NCBI GenBank assembly: GCA_012295275.1
Contig: CM022673.1
Location: 5,642,001-5,706,000 of the forward strand
Origin: Chrysomallon squamiferum
Taxonomy: Eukaryota; Animalia; Mollusca
Direction of reading: 5' to 3'
DNA length: 64,000 bases
Part shown: one piece after another, positions 1-46,800 of the stretch
How the letters are laid out: each line of letters opens with the position of its first letter
Numbering within the stretch: the stretch's first letter is position 1
The notes under the pieces: model-generated
The model's input: the letters and a program-made list of their open reading frames with translations, nothing else
The model's database searches: none
Told to the model about the DNA's origin: nothing
Program-made: the position numbers and the translations under genes

Positions 1-166
1 AAAAATATGACTGAATACTTTTTGTGTTTTTTTGATTTATTGTGAGAAAAAAACGGAAAATTAAAGTAAATCCAGTTTCTTCTCAATTTATCATTATTTA
101 ATATGTCTTTACTAGCTGATATGTTATTTATCTTTTTTGTATATTGTTTTTATCTTGATATTTCAG

Positions 167-324
167 AGGAACTTAAAACTATGTTTGAAAATGCTGGACT
201 GGTTGAAGTACAAAATCTTATTGACAGAAGATTGCAAGTAAATAGGGGCAAACAACTCAAAATGTATCGTGTCTGGATTCAGTGCAAATACAAAAAACCT
301 GAACAGCCTGAGCCTGCTAGTTGA
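167..324 (+). CDS. METTL2: Terminal exon of tRNA N3-methylcytidine methyltransferase (METTL2-like); 5' part lies outside the window
   Basis: Acceptor tttcag at 161-166 (phase 1). Peptide [45 protein letters not shown] matches the conserved METTL2/Trm140 C-terminus ([24 protein letters not shown]). Stop TGA at 322-324. Confidence 0.9.
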
Positions 325-651
325 CGAAGACTTATTTAAATTTTAAAAATTATTTTATAAGATTAAAAATAACTATTAACTTTAAAAAAAACCAAAAAAA
401 AACCACTACACCAAAATTTTAAAGTTTTAGATATTCAATTTTATTGTCATTAAATTATTTTTAACAATTGAATGTTGTTTTTCCTTTCTTTTTGTATGTG
501 TATCTACCACATATATGTCGTTATAAAATTGTTTTTAAAAAATGAGAATGAAAAAACCTGAAATGTAAACCAAAACTTATTAATTTATTTGATTATAATA
601 CATAATGGCATCATCTGCATCCAGTTTTAAACAACACTGATAAACTTACTG

Positions 652-653
<2 letters not shown>

Positions 654-682
<29 letters not shown>

Positions 683-797
683 GTTTTGTTTTGTTTTGTT
701 TTGTTTTATTTTATTTTATTTTATTTTATTTTATTTTATTTTATTTTATTTTTATTTTATTTTTATTTATTTTTATTATTATTATTATTATTATTAA
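654..797. repeat. (TTTTG)n/(TTTTA)n/(TTA)n simple repeats
   Basis: Directly visible. Confidence 0.9.
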
Positions 798-1826
798 TTT
801 GAAAAGGCTGTTATGACAGGTATAAAATTAAAAAAGAGAAAGTAACAATTTATTTCTAATAATTTTAAAGACAACATAGCCTATATCAGATTGCTGTATT
901 ATTCTCTGCTTACTTCACTCCTTCCTAATCTGATCACTGGAAAAAACTATACTGTGTTCAGATTTTAAAATACATTTTATAAATTCTTACTGTTAGAAAC
1001 CAGAGTATTCATGTTGTTTTTTTTTTTTTAATTATTAACAGTTCTTATGTCCTAATCAGTAAAAATATAAATGAAGTTTCTTTCTTTATTTTTTCTATGT
1101 GTAGTTTTAAAAATAACGTTTTGGCAACCACTTGTTTTGCATAGTGAGTAGTGACATTTTGTTATTCATTTCTCACTATTTCAGTACCATTGTAATTTTA
1201 TCTGCCTCACAAATGTAACTGAGGATTTGATAAATAATTATTTACAAACTGATATTTAATATCCAACATTATTTATTTATTTTATTTTATTAATATTTAT
1301 TTTTTATTGTAGTAGTAGCTAATTTTATTCATTTATTATTATTTTTTTATTATTTATTATTTGTGCAACATTTAAAACTTTTACATTGCATTAATATCTG
1401 AACTGTGTAAATAAATGCACCCCAATAATAACTATCAAAACAACAAAATCATACAGAATAAACACAAATTATCTACTCCTCCAAACAATAAAGACAGCAA
1501 AAATGTTCGTTTCACTGAGTAGAAAGGGAAATAAACCCGCCAACTACACTGACCTATTGATCAACGACCTTTTTTTCAATTATCAACACCGTTGCCTTAT
1601 ACAAGTAGCTAATACATAAACTCCTATACTATTGTCCTCTATCATTTTTTCCCCTTCTTATTTTTTTATTATTATTTTTTTTTCTCTCGCTTATTACCTT
1701 TTTTCTTGGCACATTTATGAGACTTATCTCCACCATGCATGTACAATCACGACTTATACTTTTCTCGCCTCCGGAAATCGAGAGTTTGTTCTGTACATTT
1801 CTATTCCAGCAGACGACATTTCAAAA

Positions 1827-1892
1827 ATGGGGACCCACACTGGAGTTATACTGTCACCAGATATACTGAAAGAAGTTGAAAATACTTTAATG
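1827..1892 (+). CDS. Tentative first coding exon of the 3890-6289 gene (MGTHTGVILSPDILKEVENTLM)
   Basis: ATG in aaaaATGg context. Donor gtatgg at 1893 is phase 0, matching the phase-0 acceptor at 3890, which would give 821 aa. A competing minus-strand exon reading exists. Confidence 0.4.
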
Positions 1893-2275
1893 GTATGGAA
1901 TTTATAGTAAAAATTAAATTACGTATTTATAATCGTTAAATAATTGAATTAATTATAGTTGTTAAATACATACTGATAAAATTTTAATAATTTATTTTAA
2001 AAAAGATTTTGATTTCATTGCAATTCTAAATAATATAAATGTACATCTTATATATGCTGCTTTGTACATTTCAGATAATATTATTTTGATTTGATATCGG
2101 GTCTACAGACATTTTAACTTTTAAATTGACTGTTAATTGAAATTACATCTCTTTCACTTTCATTGATTATCATATAACAAAAAAATGTATTTCATAATAA
2201 TGGAAAAAAGGAAAAAAGAACTATAGCGAATAAATATCAGTATAATTTATTGCACAAATAAATCTGTCAGTATAT

Positions 2276-2308
<33 letters not shown>

Positions 2309-3193
2309 TACTAAGAGAGAGAGACACACACACACACACTCACACATACATAAAAGAGGGGGGAAAATATTCTTTTTTTTTTCAAAGTGGATTTTTATTT
2401 ATTTATTTTTCACCTTTCGATTTCTTACTATTACTTGTAAAAATAATGATAAATATAATTTTCTTTAATTTCATTTCGACAGAATAATATTTTACGATAT
2501 ACCTGACCTGTCCTTGTAGTTGGATTAAAGGATTTATTTCGCTTCATTTGTGTACATGTCTAACAAGTTAATCTGATATAAACCACAAACCAACAGTGTT
2601 TTGGCCTCCCGTACAATTATGGATAAGATTGTACTGAATGGTCAGCGAGACTTGACTGATATTTTCGACAACTTTTTTCACTTAAACAAAAAGAATAAAA
2701 CCTGTGATAATATTGTTTTCTGAACTAAGTAAATTTACGTACCTCACAACAAGATATGAAACAGGTCTTGCATTAGTCACAAGCAGAACAAGAGGGGATT
2801 GGTGGGTGTTGGTGTGCATGTAGCATGTCCGTCCCTTATTATTAGCGAAAATTTAATTATTTATTTATTAAGAATAAAACTGTTTTCATCTTTAAATCTA
2901 CATCTGATTAATGATAGCCTTCTTTCAGAAATCGCGGACCGGCTCCGAGTTAATTTTTGGCTAAATTAAATCCTTATGAATCCATGTTTTATTTTATTTT
3001 TTACTTAATGCAAAAAATAATTCAAGTTAGAAGTTAATGAGAAAATGTAATTCCTAAAACATTTTAAAGAATTTAACAATATTATTATTACATATAAATT
3101 TTATTATCCGATATTTGGTTTGTAGGTAAACGTAAAAAAAATAAATAAATAAATAAATACCTGGAAAAAAACTAATTATGATATTATTATGAA

Positions 3194-3330
<137 letters not shown>

Positions 3331-3694
3331 AATAATGATAAAAAAACCGGCAGAATACATTTGGATTACTAACAAAGTCATGCCTGAATAAGCTGCTTAA
3401 ATAAATAATACAAGCTTTTCTAATCGAAATCGATATAAAAAGAGGTGGTTTATATTTCAAATATATTGATGAATGCTGTTCATTTGGAACCTGAGACAAG
3501 TCATGATAAAATATTTTGTTAATTAGGTTTTTATTTATTTACTTTTTTCTTTTTTCTTTTCTTTTCTACTTTTCTTATTTTATGTTTTTGTTTTTTTAAC
3601 ATTTTTTCAAAGATTAAAATAATTCATTGATTACAACAAATGTTCTTCAGAACAATAAACCCTATCATCACTCCACTCATAAAATATGAAAATA

Positions 3695-3725
<31 letters not shown>

Positions 3726-3889
3726 GGAATATTTATAAAATAAGACGACTTCAGTTCACAAAATAAATCGTCTATAGTTTTAAATTCAGTCATTTATCTG
3801 ATCTAACAGTTATAAATTTATTTAATTAATGAAATATTCTTATCCCTTCCTAAATTATGGCTTATTAACATTAATTTTTTTAATTTCAG

Positions 3890-6289
3890 TTTACACGAAA
3901 TGACGATGAAGACGAAGAAACAAATTTTCATGCAAAAATCGCCATCTTACAAAAGGTTTTACGTCACAGCATGTCGAGATTTTCTTTGGACAAACTCCAC
4001 AACTCTCTTCAAAATATAGTTCGTCTTGTGAACTTACTGGATACAGACGTTAATTTAGTTTCGGGAGATGATTCCAAGAAGTCTGTAGGTAATCAGAAGG
4101 AAAAGAAGATTGAACTCAAGTCAATAGGACAAATGAAAGCATTTATAAAGGTATTGGCAGAACGTGATAGACGCTATGGATTGCCCGCAGATCAAATGAA
4201 AGTCTTGAAGTCGTTGAGGTATTTCTTGGCAGACGTGTCTTCCATTAAGAAAGTCAAATATTATTTTGATAAAGGAGTTTATGGATACCTGAAAGCCAAG
4301 TACTTGACATTAGATAGTCAGGCAGTTGCCATTTCGAACAAATCCAATACCAAAACAAGAAACAAACGAAAATCTGATGACTTCTCAGAAAGGGACAGCG
4401 GTAATTTTTCGCAAACAGATCTCGATGAACAAGAAACATCTTCTAGATCTGCCAAAGAGCATCAGCAGCCACAGACTCAGTTAGGATTCTCGACTGCTTC
4501 CCACATCGACGGTAACATGAAGGACAAGCTGGACATAACGATAAAAGAATTAGATGACATTTCTATCCGCTGGACTCAGCTTTTACGAGACGAAGAACTT
4601 GATGTCAATGATTTTGATCCCGAAAGTCATCACGAGATTTCTCATCTCTCGGGATATTCAAATTTCGAATATGTTTTAAGACTTTTCCCGGACATATTCG
4701 CAAAATGCTACAAATGTACTGAACTGTCAAAGCAATGGTGGGACTTAGTTCACGAAATCTATAAAGAAGTGCCTCGTAGAAAAAGAAAAGTAAATAAACA
4801 AAAAATATACGAATCAGATGCTTTGACAAGAAACAATCATGTTTCCTCTCCTTATATTAAACCAACACCTCCGCCTCGTTCAAATGCTATGAAGAGTGCT
4901 GATCAACAACAGCAACTGCGAATTAAGAAAGTACCTAGAATTTTTATTACGGATACACCAGAAACTGATTTTACAGATAATGACATAAGCGACATGTCTA
5001 CAGCCAGACGAAGTAGCGTATCCAGTTTTAGAAATGCTGATACGAGCAAAAACACTGATTCATTATCATCTGCTAGGCAAACACCTATTGATTCGATAAA
5101 CGACAACGGATCTCCTGATATTAGACAGCAGTCTTTTATAGTTGATGAAAGTATATTTTTGCCTATTGAATATAGTCCTGACAATGAAAATGCAAATCCA
5201 ATTGTTTCTCCTTTTAGAGAGATCAACAACAATACCAGGACCATTAATCCTGCTCAAGAAGACGATGTCGCTAATTCCCAGGACGATATTTTACAGGAGA
5301 ATGAAAAGAATTCCGGCGATCGGTTTGACTCAGATGACGTCACTAAAGAAGACATCAAAGTGTTCACTTCTGACACGTTTACAAAACTTCCAGACAAACA
5401 CACTCGAGAAAAGAAATCACGTCTGTACAAACTAAACAAACTGATATTGAAATGCGAGAACTTGCTTCAGCGTTACTCAGATGAACATGCCATTATGCAA
5501 AGCAGAGAAAACAGACTTTTGACAATGTCTGGGATCTGGGGGAAACTTGGTCAAAACTTATCGGAAATAACCAGAAAGTACAACAAAATCAAACAGCAGA
5601 AGAAAGATATTGCACAGAAGTTTTCATACACGATCCGAGGCACTTCGAAATATTTCGATATGAGGGAAAAGGTGAGGAAATGTGAAGTAAAAATTCACGA
5701 GTTTGAGCAGACAATGCGTCTTCTGCGGTACCAGCAAGCTGTCGTAGGCCAGGATTATATGCTGGCGATGGACTTAAGACCCACCTTCATCAGAGAAGCT
5801 GGGAATCTTCAACAACACGTGAATGCCATCACCCACAGACTAACCGAACTCAGAGTGGAGAAATACGCTATTGAAAGAGATTTAGGATTACAGACAGATC
5901 CTTCTTTTATCGGCCCGTTCAAAGAATGTACGTTTGACGAGTTCGTGCCAGATCTGTATGAAACATCGCGACCCTTATTCGCTCACAGTCTTCCTTTAAG
6001 CGACAATAGTAATTCGTCATCCGATCGTTCTGTATTAATCACTCTGAGAGATTCTCCATGTTCAAGCAGTTCTAGAACAGTGGATACCGAAAATGATGAC
6101 ATTTCGCCGTCTAAATTTGAAAGAAATGTATATTCGTCTGGCTACAGTACTCACAGTGTTTTGCGTGCTGATTCGTCAGACTTAGAGGAGCAGGACTCAA
6201 GAGACAGGCTGCCTTCTCTCACCAGAAACCAGGGGCAAAGTAAAAGTACCCCATCACGTGTTAATTTAAAATATATGAACAATTTATAA
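3890..6289 (+). CDS. Large exon of an uncharacterised protein (about 800 aa) with an S/D-rich middle and a probable C-terminal coiled coil
   Basis: 2400-nt open frame starting exactly at the acceptor taatttcag (3881-3889), with an in-frame stop just upstream. GC content is far above the flanks. Heptad-like K/E/Q-rich segment around 5420-5880. No family motif recognised. Confidence 0.8.
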   Translation, partial: FTRNDDEDEETNFHAKIAILQKVLRHSMSRFSLDKLHNSLQNIVRLVNLLDTDVNLVSGDDSKKSVGNQKEKKIELKSIGQMKAFIKVLAERDRRYGLPADQMKVLKSLRYFLADVSSIKKVKYYFDKGVYGYLKAKYLTLDSQAVAISNKSNTKTRNKRKSDDFSERDSGNFSQTDLDEQETSSRSAKEHQQPQTQLGFSTASHIDGNMKDKLDITIKELDDISIRWTQLLRDEELDVNDFDPESHHEISHLSGYSNFEYVLRLFPDIFAKCYKCTELSKQWWDLVHEIYKEVPRRKRKVNKQKIYESDALTRNNHVSSPYIKPTPPPRSNAMKSADQQQQLRIKKVPRIFITDTPETDFTDNDISDMSTARRSSVSSFRNADTSKNTDSLSSARQTPIDSINDNGSPDIRQQSFIVDESIFLPIEYSPDNENANPIVSPFREINNNTRTINPAQEDDVANSQDDILQENEKNSGDRFDSDDVTKEDIKVFTSDTFTKLPDKHTREKKSRLYKLNKLILKCENLLQRYSDEHAIMQSRENRLLTMSGIWGKLGQNLSEITRKYNKIKQQKKDIAQKFSYTIRGTSKYFDMREKVRKCEVKIHEFEQTMRLLRYQQAVVGQDYMLAMDLRPTFIREAGNLQQHVNAITHRLTELRVEKYAIERDLGLQTDPSFIGPFKECTFDEFVPDLYETSRPLFAHSLPLSDNSNSSSDRSVLITLRDSPCSSSSRTVDTENDDISPSKFERNVYSSGYSTHSVLRADSSDLEEQDSRDRLPSLTRNQGQSKSTPSRVNLKYMNNL

Positions 6290-6678
6290 CTATTCTTATA
6301 TAGTACATCGAGAACATTCTAAACAGTAATGGTAATTTTGATAACAATTAAAATAACAGAGCATAACATAACGTAACATAATAAATATAATAAATAAAAT
6401 AATAAAAATGCATTCATCTATTATAATCCCTGGAAAAAGAAAAAAAAAAAAGAGTCCTTAGTTCAATATTCTAATAATCTAAATTGTTATCAATGAGTTC
6501 AAGAAATGCATACCTTGAATTTATTAATAATACCTATGCTGGATCCCTTTTCAGTTTAAATAATACTCAGCCAAAAGATGACATCATTGGAAATCGAAAG
6601 TTTGCATCATATATATAAAAAAGATAGAGTGCTTGAACAAATAAAAACTGAAAAAGAAATGTTATTCGGATTTAAGCT

Positions 6679-6812
<134 letters not shown>

Positions 6813-9800
6813 TTGCAAAATAATGATAACAGGAAATCCTAAAAATATTCTTATCAACAGAAAGGAAAACACATACCACGTTCTTTAGGTTAAGAGTTGT
6901 GAAAAACTGATTGTTTAACGGAAATAGTCTAAGAACTGCGTTAATGAGACTCGAACCTGGTGTCTCTAACATTTAATCCATACACTAGCTTTTGGTTAGT
7001 TCTGAACAGGTTTAATCATAGCAGATTTGTAATTAAATATGCACAATAACTGTCGTCGGAAGAAAAAAAACACCCACCAAAAATCATTAAAAGCTAATCT
7101 GGTAGTAGGTTTATTGTTTTTGCTAATCCATGCATTATGTTTCTTTTGGTGATTTTGTTTTTCAAATGAATTTACACGAATTAATGAGCAATAAAATCTA
7201 CAATACCGAAACAAGAACACTTTCCCAGCCACCCTAAACAACCCTTGGAATAAAGTATATTTTAAAAAAAACCTTCTCCCCTAAATTCCGTTTTCATAAA
7301 AACTCAGTAACCTATTAATGAACATTTAATGAGTAAACCTAAAATATATAAACCGAAATTTATGCTATTCTAAGAGAACACAAATAGTAATGAAAAAATA
7401 TTATATAAATAATAATAATAATAATGAAAAAATACATAAATAATAATAATAAAATATATAAAGGGCAAAAGAATCGAAATACAAATATAAAACAGATGTT
7501 GCACTGCATTGTTTACATATTCTAAATATTTACTCTGAAATTAATATCCAGTTTATTTTCTAAAGGATTAAATGAATGTCGTAAAAGACCTTATACTTTA
7601 GCATAATCATTATTCAGTCTATAGGAACAGTTTTCAGTTCTTAGTTATACTTACAGGACGTGTTTCGACTGCAGTCTGTGATTTCTTATCTTGATAGCCT
7701 GCTTTTTCTTTGTACCACTAAGACACCGAAACGATAAGTATGTGTTTTTCTCTTTATATGTTGTTATCAATAAGAAAGATGTAATTAATTTTGTTTATCC
7801 TAGTTTTAATGAACACAGATATAAGGTGCAAAGATGAGATAAGAGCCCATTTTTATCCTCTTCATACCAATTAAAAGCAAGCATTTTTCACATGCACCGT
7901 TTCTAAGAAAATACAAACGGCAGACTTTGATCAACTGAATTTGGATAATGTAAACAATGGAGTTTTCAAATGAGCAGATAACATTTTTTCTTATCATTAC
8001 GAAGCATTAGATTTGATTCCTAATAGTTATTTCATTAAACTCGTCCGTGTTTTCGATCTTCTGTTACCTTGCGGGGTTTAGTTTTATTACTGTGTATGCA
8101 TAAATGTAAATATATTGATTCTACGAGTATTACAAACGTTACCTTTTAGTTGTGAATAAATTCCTCCTGTAAACTGTGGATATATTGATAATATTAATGT
8201 GTTTGCACAACATACAATAACAGTAATAATAAATATGTCAAACAAAACAAACAACAACATAAATCACCAAAATAAGAAAAATATAAAGTAAGGAAAAAAT
8301 GTTTTACTTTCAATATTTTAATTATCGATAAAATTTGTTAGTATTAATTTCATTTATAATAATAGAAATTAGTTTACGTAAATGATTACGAACAAAACAA
8401 AACAAAACCCCCCCCCAAAAACACTACATCCCTAAAACCAAAAACACACACACACACACACACACACAAAAAAAAAAAAAACAAAACAAACCAAAACAAC
8501 AACCGACAAACATTAAAAAAACAACAGCACCAAAACCCCTGAAAAAACATCACCCCTCAAAAAAAAAAAGAACAAAAAAAAGACCCTTCACGTATGCGAC
8601 AAAATAAATACGAAAATACATATAAACAGAAAAAGAAAGGAAACATTTATGTTTTCTAAATCTATTTTCAAAATAATGAATATTTTCCAAAAAAATATTT
8701 CAGGACGGATTAAGATATCATTAGAACAAATGAGAACAGTGGTTTTGGGTGGTTGTTTTTTCTGTTTTTTTTTTTTTATTATTATTATTCGTTAGATAAT
8801 TTCGTAAACTAGATAATTTAAAATTTATTGAGATTATAGAGAATGTGTTAGATACGAAATTTGATTATATATTAATATTGAAATGCCTATTTGATTTAAA
8901 TTTGGACCTTTTATGGGTTTGTTTCTATGTGCATTTGTCTGTCTTCATTTTAACTATGTTCATTCTGTATATATTTGTACTCGTTTGAGTATTTGTACAT
9001 ATTTTTGTATTTGCGGTTCATCTGTGTGCTCTTTGTTAAGTATATATGTATATGCACGAATTCTTTTGTATGTGTGTATGTATGTATTTATGTACGAGTT
9101 TATATTATAGATGGTTGTCTGTATTTGCGTTTGTAGTTTATATTTTTTATAGTATATAGTTAGGAATGTTGTCTGTATTTACGACAATATTTTGCCAGGA
9201 CTAACCAGTCGCTGAGGTTTGTCAGTATATGTATTTCAACCACCGAGACAACCTTCGAAAAGATTATAGTTGCTGGTAATCATAGCTTGTTATGAATGAT
9301 TTATTTTGAAACCTGGCACTGGCAAATATATTTTTGTATTTCTGATTATGTATGTCTGATTAGACTCTGTACATAGACAATATTCGGATATGCACATGCA
9401 CAGGACAATGTCCAACCATGAAATGCCGCCGACGGGTCTCAAACGATTGGCCCCCATTCACCCGCACGACGATACCAGTCAAGTTCCGAGACAACATTAA
9501 AAAAGGTGGTCCTAAAATATGTTTGTATGTTTTTATATAAGTACGTGTGTATCTGCTTGTTTTGTGTATGTGCATTTTACAAGTGTGAGTGCATCTGCTT
9601 GTTTGTTTTGTGTATATTTGCATTTTATGTCAAGTTTTGAGTTAATAGCATCTATGTACTATTGGCTATTATTATAATTATTTATAATTAATATTACTAT
9701 TATTATTGTTATTTTATTTATTTATTTATTTATTTATTTATTTTGTTATATCTGTTACTGTTGGTGGTGGTGTTTTTATTTTATTGTAAAGAGCGAACCC

Positions 9801-9838
9801 TAATGGATAATTTATAAAATTACAACAAAGAAACAACA

Positions 9839-9874
9839 ACATCCGGTTTTCGAAGACATACGACATCCGGTTTT
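9839..9874. promoter_or_regulatory. Tandem ETS-type sites at the probable SMARCD promoter
   Basis: Direct repeat acatccggtttt at 9839-9850 and 9863-9874 (reverse complement ACCGGATGT, ETS core), 55-90 nt upstream of the SMARCD ATG in a CpG-containing patch. Confidence 0.45.
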
Positions 9875-9927
9875 GTTTGCGTCTGGTCCATTTGTAAAAA
9901 TACTTTTAGGACCAGGAAATCAGCACA

Positions 9928-43818
<33,891 letters not shown>

Positions 43819-46800
43819 ATTAGATTTTAACTGATTATAAAAACTGGATTTGTTCAATTTTTTTTTTTTGGAACCATCCCCAAAAAAAAATCCCACAATA
43901 CTATAGTAATATAATCGTGAAGCTATCAAAGTGAAACATTTTTGTTGTTGTTGAATAATAATGAAAAAGTAAAGGAAGCTATCACTGAAGGTATAAAAGA
44001 GAATTCTGAAACAGGTGCACAAATCATGTCTATCTATAGGGTGTGGACAAATTTAAAACTGAATGCACTCAATCTAGGATGTTACAGGGTGGTAAAAAAA
44101 ACACCAATGGATATTTTTTTTTTTTTTTTTTTTTTTCAGAAATATTATCAAATGCTATCAGAACTATAGCAAGCATTTTTGGTATTAAGACACCCACCCA
44201 AGCTAAAACAGTAACCAAAATGTTTGTTTTGGGGGGAAATTGGCAGCAAATATTGAATGAAAATACAAAAGGATTAGATCTGCAACACCAAAATATACCT
44301 GTTCTTCTGAATGTTTTCAAATTGCAGAAAAGACGCTGAATAAAAAATAAAAAATGTAAACCCTCTGAAATAAGTCAATCAGCAGAAAATTATCAGTTAA
44401 CAGATAAATAAGAACAAATTAGAATTACACTTAAGTACAAATATGTCAGTGTTAGAGAGACTGAGTTTTATTATTAAGAAATGTTTTAAGACATGGCAGC
44501 AAAAAATGGTTTAAAAAATTATATTTTGTTTAAAGCCAAACATAGACCCGGATTTCAGCTGATGTAATATCATTATTATCACCTACAATCATTTTAATAT
44601 CATCATTCTTTTTGTACATTTGTTTTCGTTACCTGTCCAATCTGTTATTATTATCAGGTTTTTTTTTGGTTGTTACTTTATTTTATTTTTTTTTTTTTAT
44701 TTACTTTATTTTTTAGTGTTTTAAACATTATTTGTTTCATGTACATCACATATATAGCATGTATGTGTCCTCCTTTTTTTCTTTTTTTTTAAATGATTTG
44801 ATTGTGTTTCATATACGTTTTGTATTTTGTAACAAATTCATCACATATACATCATTTTACTTTTGTCACATAGCATAAGTGAAATACATTCATATCTACA
44901 TAAATGTTAACACTGTGTAAATTTATACTTCTTTCATGCATGTGGGACATCAGTCAAAAGTCATCAATGTTCATTTTGAAAATAAACTCTTTGAGTACAA
45001 ATTTGTTTTTTTCTTTAATTATGACTTTCTTATTTCCAAAATGTTTTAAATTGCCAAAACCATGTGGTTTGAGTTGAACTGTTTCTTTTAGTTTTTTAAC
45101 ACACCACACTTTCTCTCTACCATTTGTTCAAAAACGATGGCCAACACAATCTTCACGAAAAAAAATTCATAATCGAATACTTTCTTACATAACATATTAA
45201 ATAAAAGTATGACTATAAATGTCCATACATTATTCATAAACGGTTATTGATATTAATTTGCACTTTCAAATTAAAAAAAAATATTTTACAATAAATATAA
45301 GATATTTAACATTTAACACTACTTCCCCCACATTTTATAATCAGGGTAGACAACTCTGTAAACATTTGCCACAGCTACAAGCTAGCCACGAGACTGAGAC
45401 TAAGTAGCTCAGTATCATATACAAACTTTTCATAATAGCATTTCTTACAAATTAACTTTCTGTTTCTCTCTCTGATTCACAGATGCAGTGTAACAACTAT
45501 TTTATAAAATTTACTTTATTTTGTTTTTGTTTATAAACACAATTCTTCAACCTACACAGCAGTTAGTGTATGTTTGTATTTATCTTTTTTTCAAATGTGA
45601 AACAGTTGGCTATCCCTGTTGTAAATGATTCATTTACACAATACCTCTGGTTTATTTTCATTGAATAAACAACAATTTAAGTAAACCTTATTTATTACAT
45701 ATAGTTTCATTAACAGTAAAATATTACAGAGGCCCACAAATATTAAAATCAATAGTAATTGCAATGTTCATTGTAAAATTTCCATGCATCATATTGATAT
45801 AAATCATTAATAATTTTTAAAATAAAAACTATGTACACAACAGTTCCAATGTATGGTATTTCTGAAAACAATGCACAAAAAAAAAAAAAAAAGCTCATTT
45901 ATATTAAATGTAAAATATATTGCTCTGAAATGATCTGTAATTTTTATTTTTGCATAAATTTTCATACTTCATTTAACAATTCATTTTATCATTCAGTTAT
46001 TTATTTTTTAACCCACACATATCAATAGCAAAAAAAAAAAATAATAATAATAAAAAAAATTATATAAAAAAAAAAATTCAATAATAAAAAATAATAATAT
46101 AAATAAAATAATAATAACTAATAATAATAATAGTAATAATAAGAATTACATTTTTTCATCTAATTAAATTTTCTTGAGAAATGTGACAACTAAACACGTA
46201 CAAAATATCCACAGATTAATGAAGATATAAAAGTTCCCATTCAGACTGAATATATCAACAAATGAGAGAAAACATCTGAGATTCAATATGATGAACATAC
46301 AGATTTTAATAATTACAGATGACAGTGTTTGTTATGAGAAGAATTATGTTATTATACCCATTTTTCAACTGAATAAAAACAAAAATCACAAGTAAAAGAT
46401 TTTCTGCTAACCTATAAAATGAATTTATTTTCTCTCTCATTTGTGCTTCTTCTTGGCTATGTTATGGATTTTAGTACCATCTTTGATCATAAGAGATTTG
46501 TACTTTAATAAGATTATGCTGCAGCACATGCACTTTAACTGGGTTGTTAATAAAGAACTCACAACTGAAAAATCGAGATGCATATATGTATATATGTATG
46601 TATGTATATATGTATGTATATATATATACACATACATCTTGATTGTCACTGGAATGTAATCTGGCCATCAATAACCACCGAAACATTTTAATTTTTAAAA
46701 ATGCACCGATAAATTACACCTCAATTACAGGCTAAAAAAAATTATATTGATATAGATCTGATTATGCAACAAAATTTCTCTTAAGTATCAAAATAACAAA

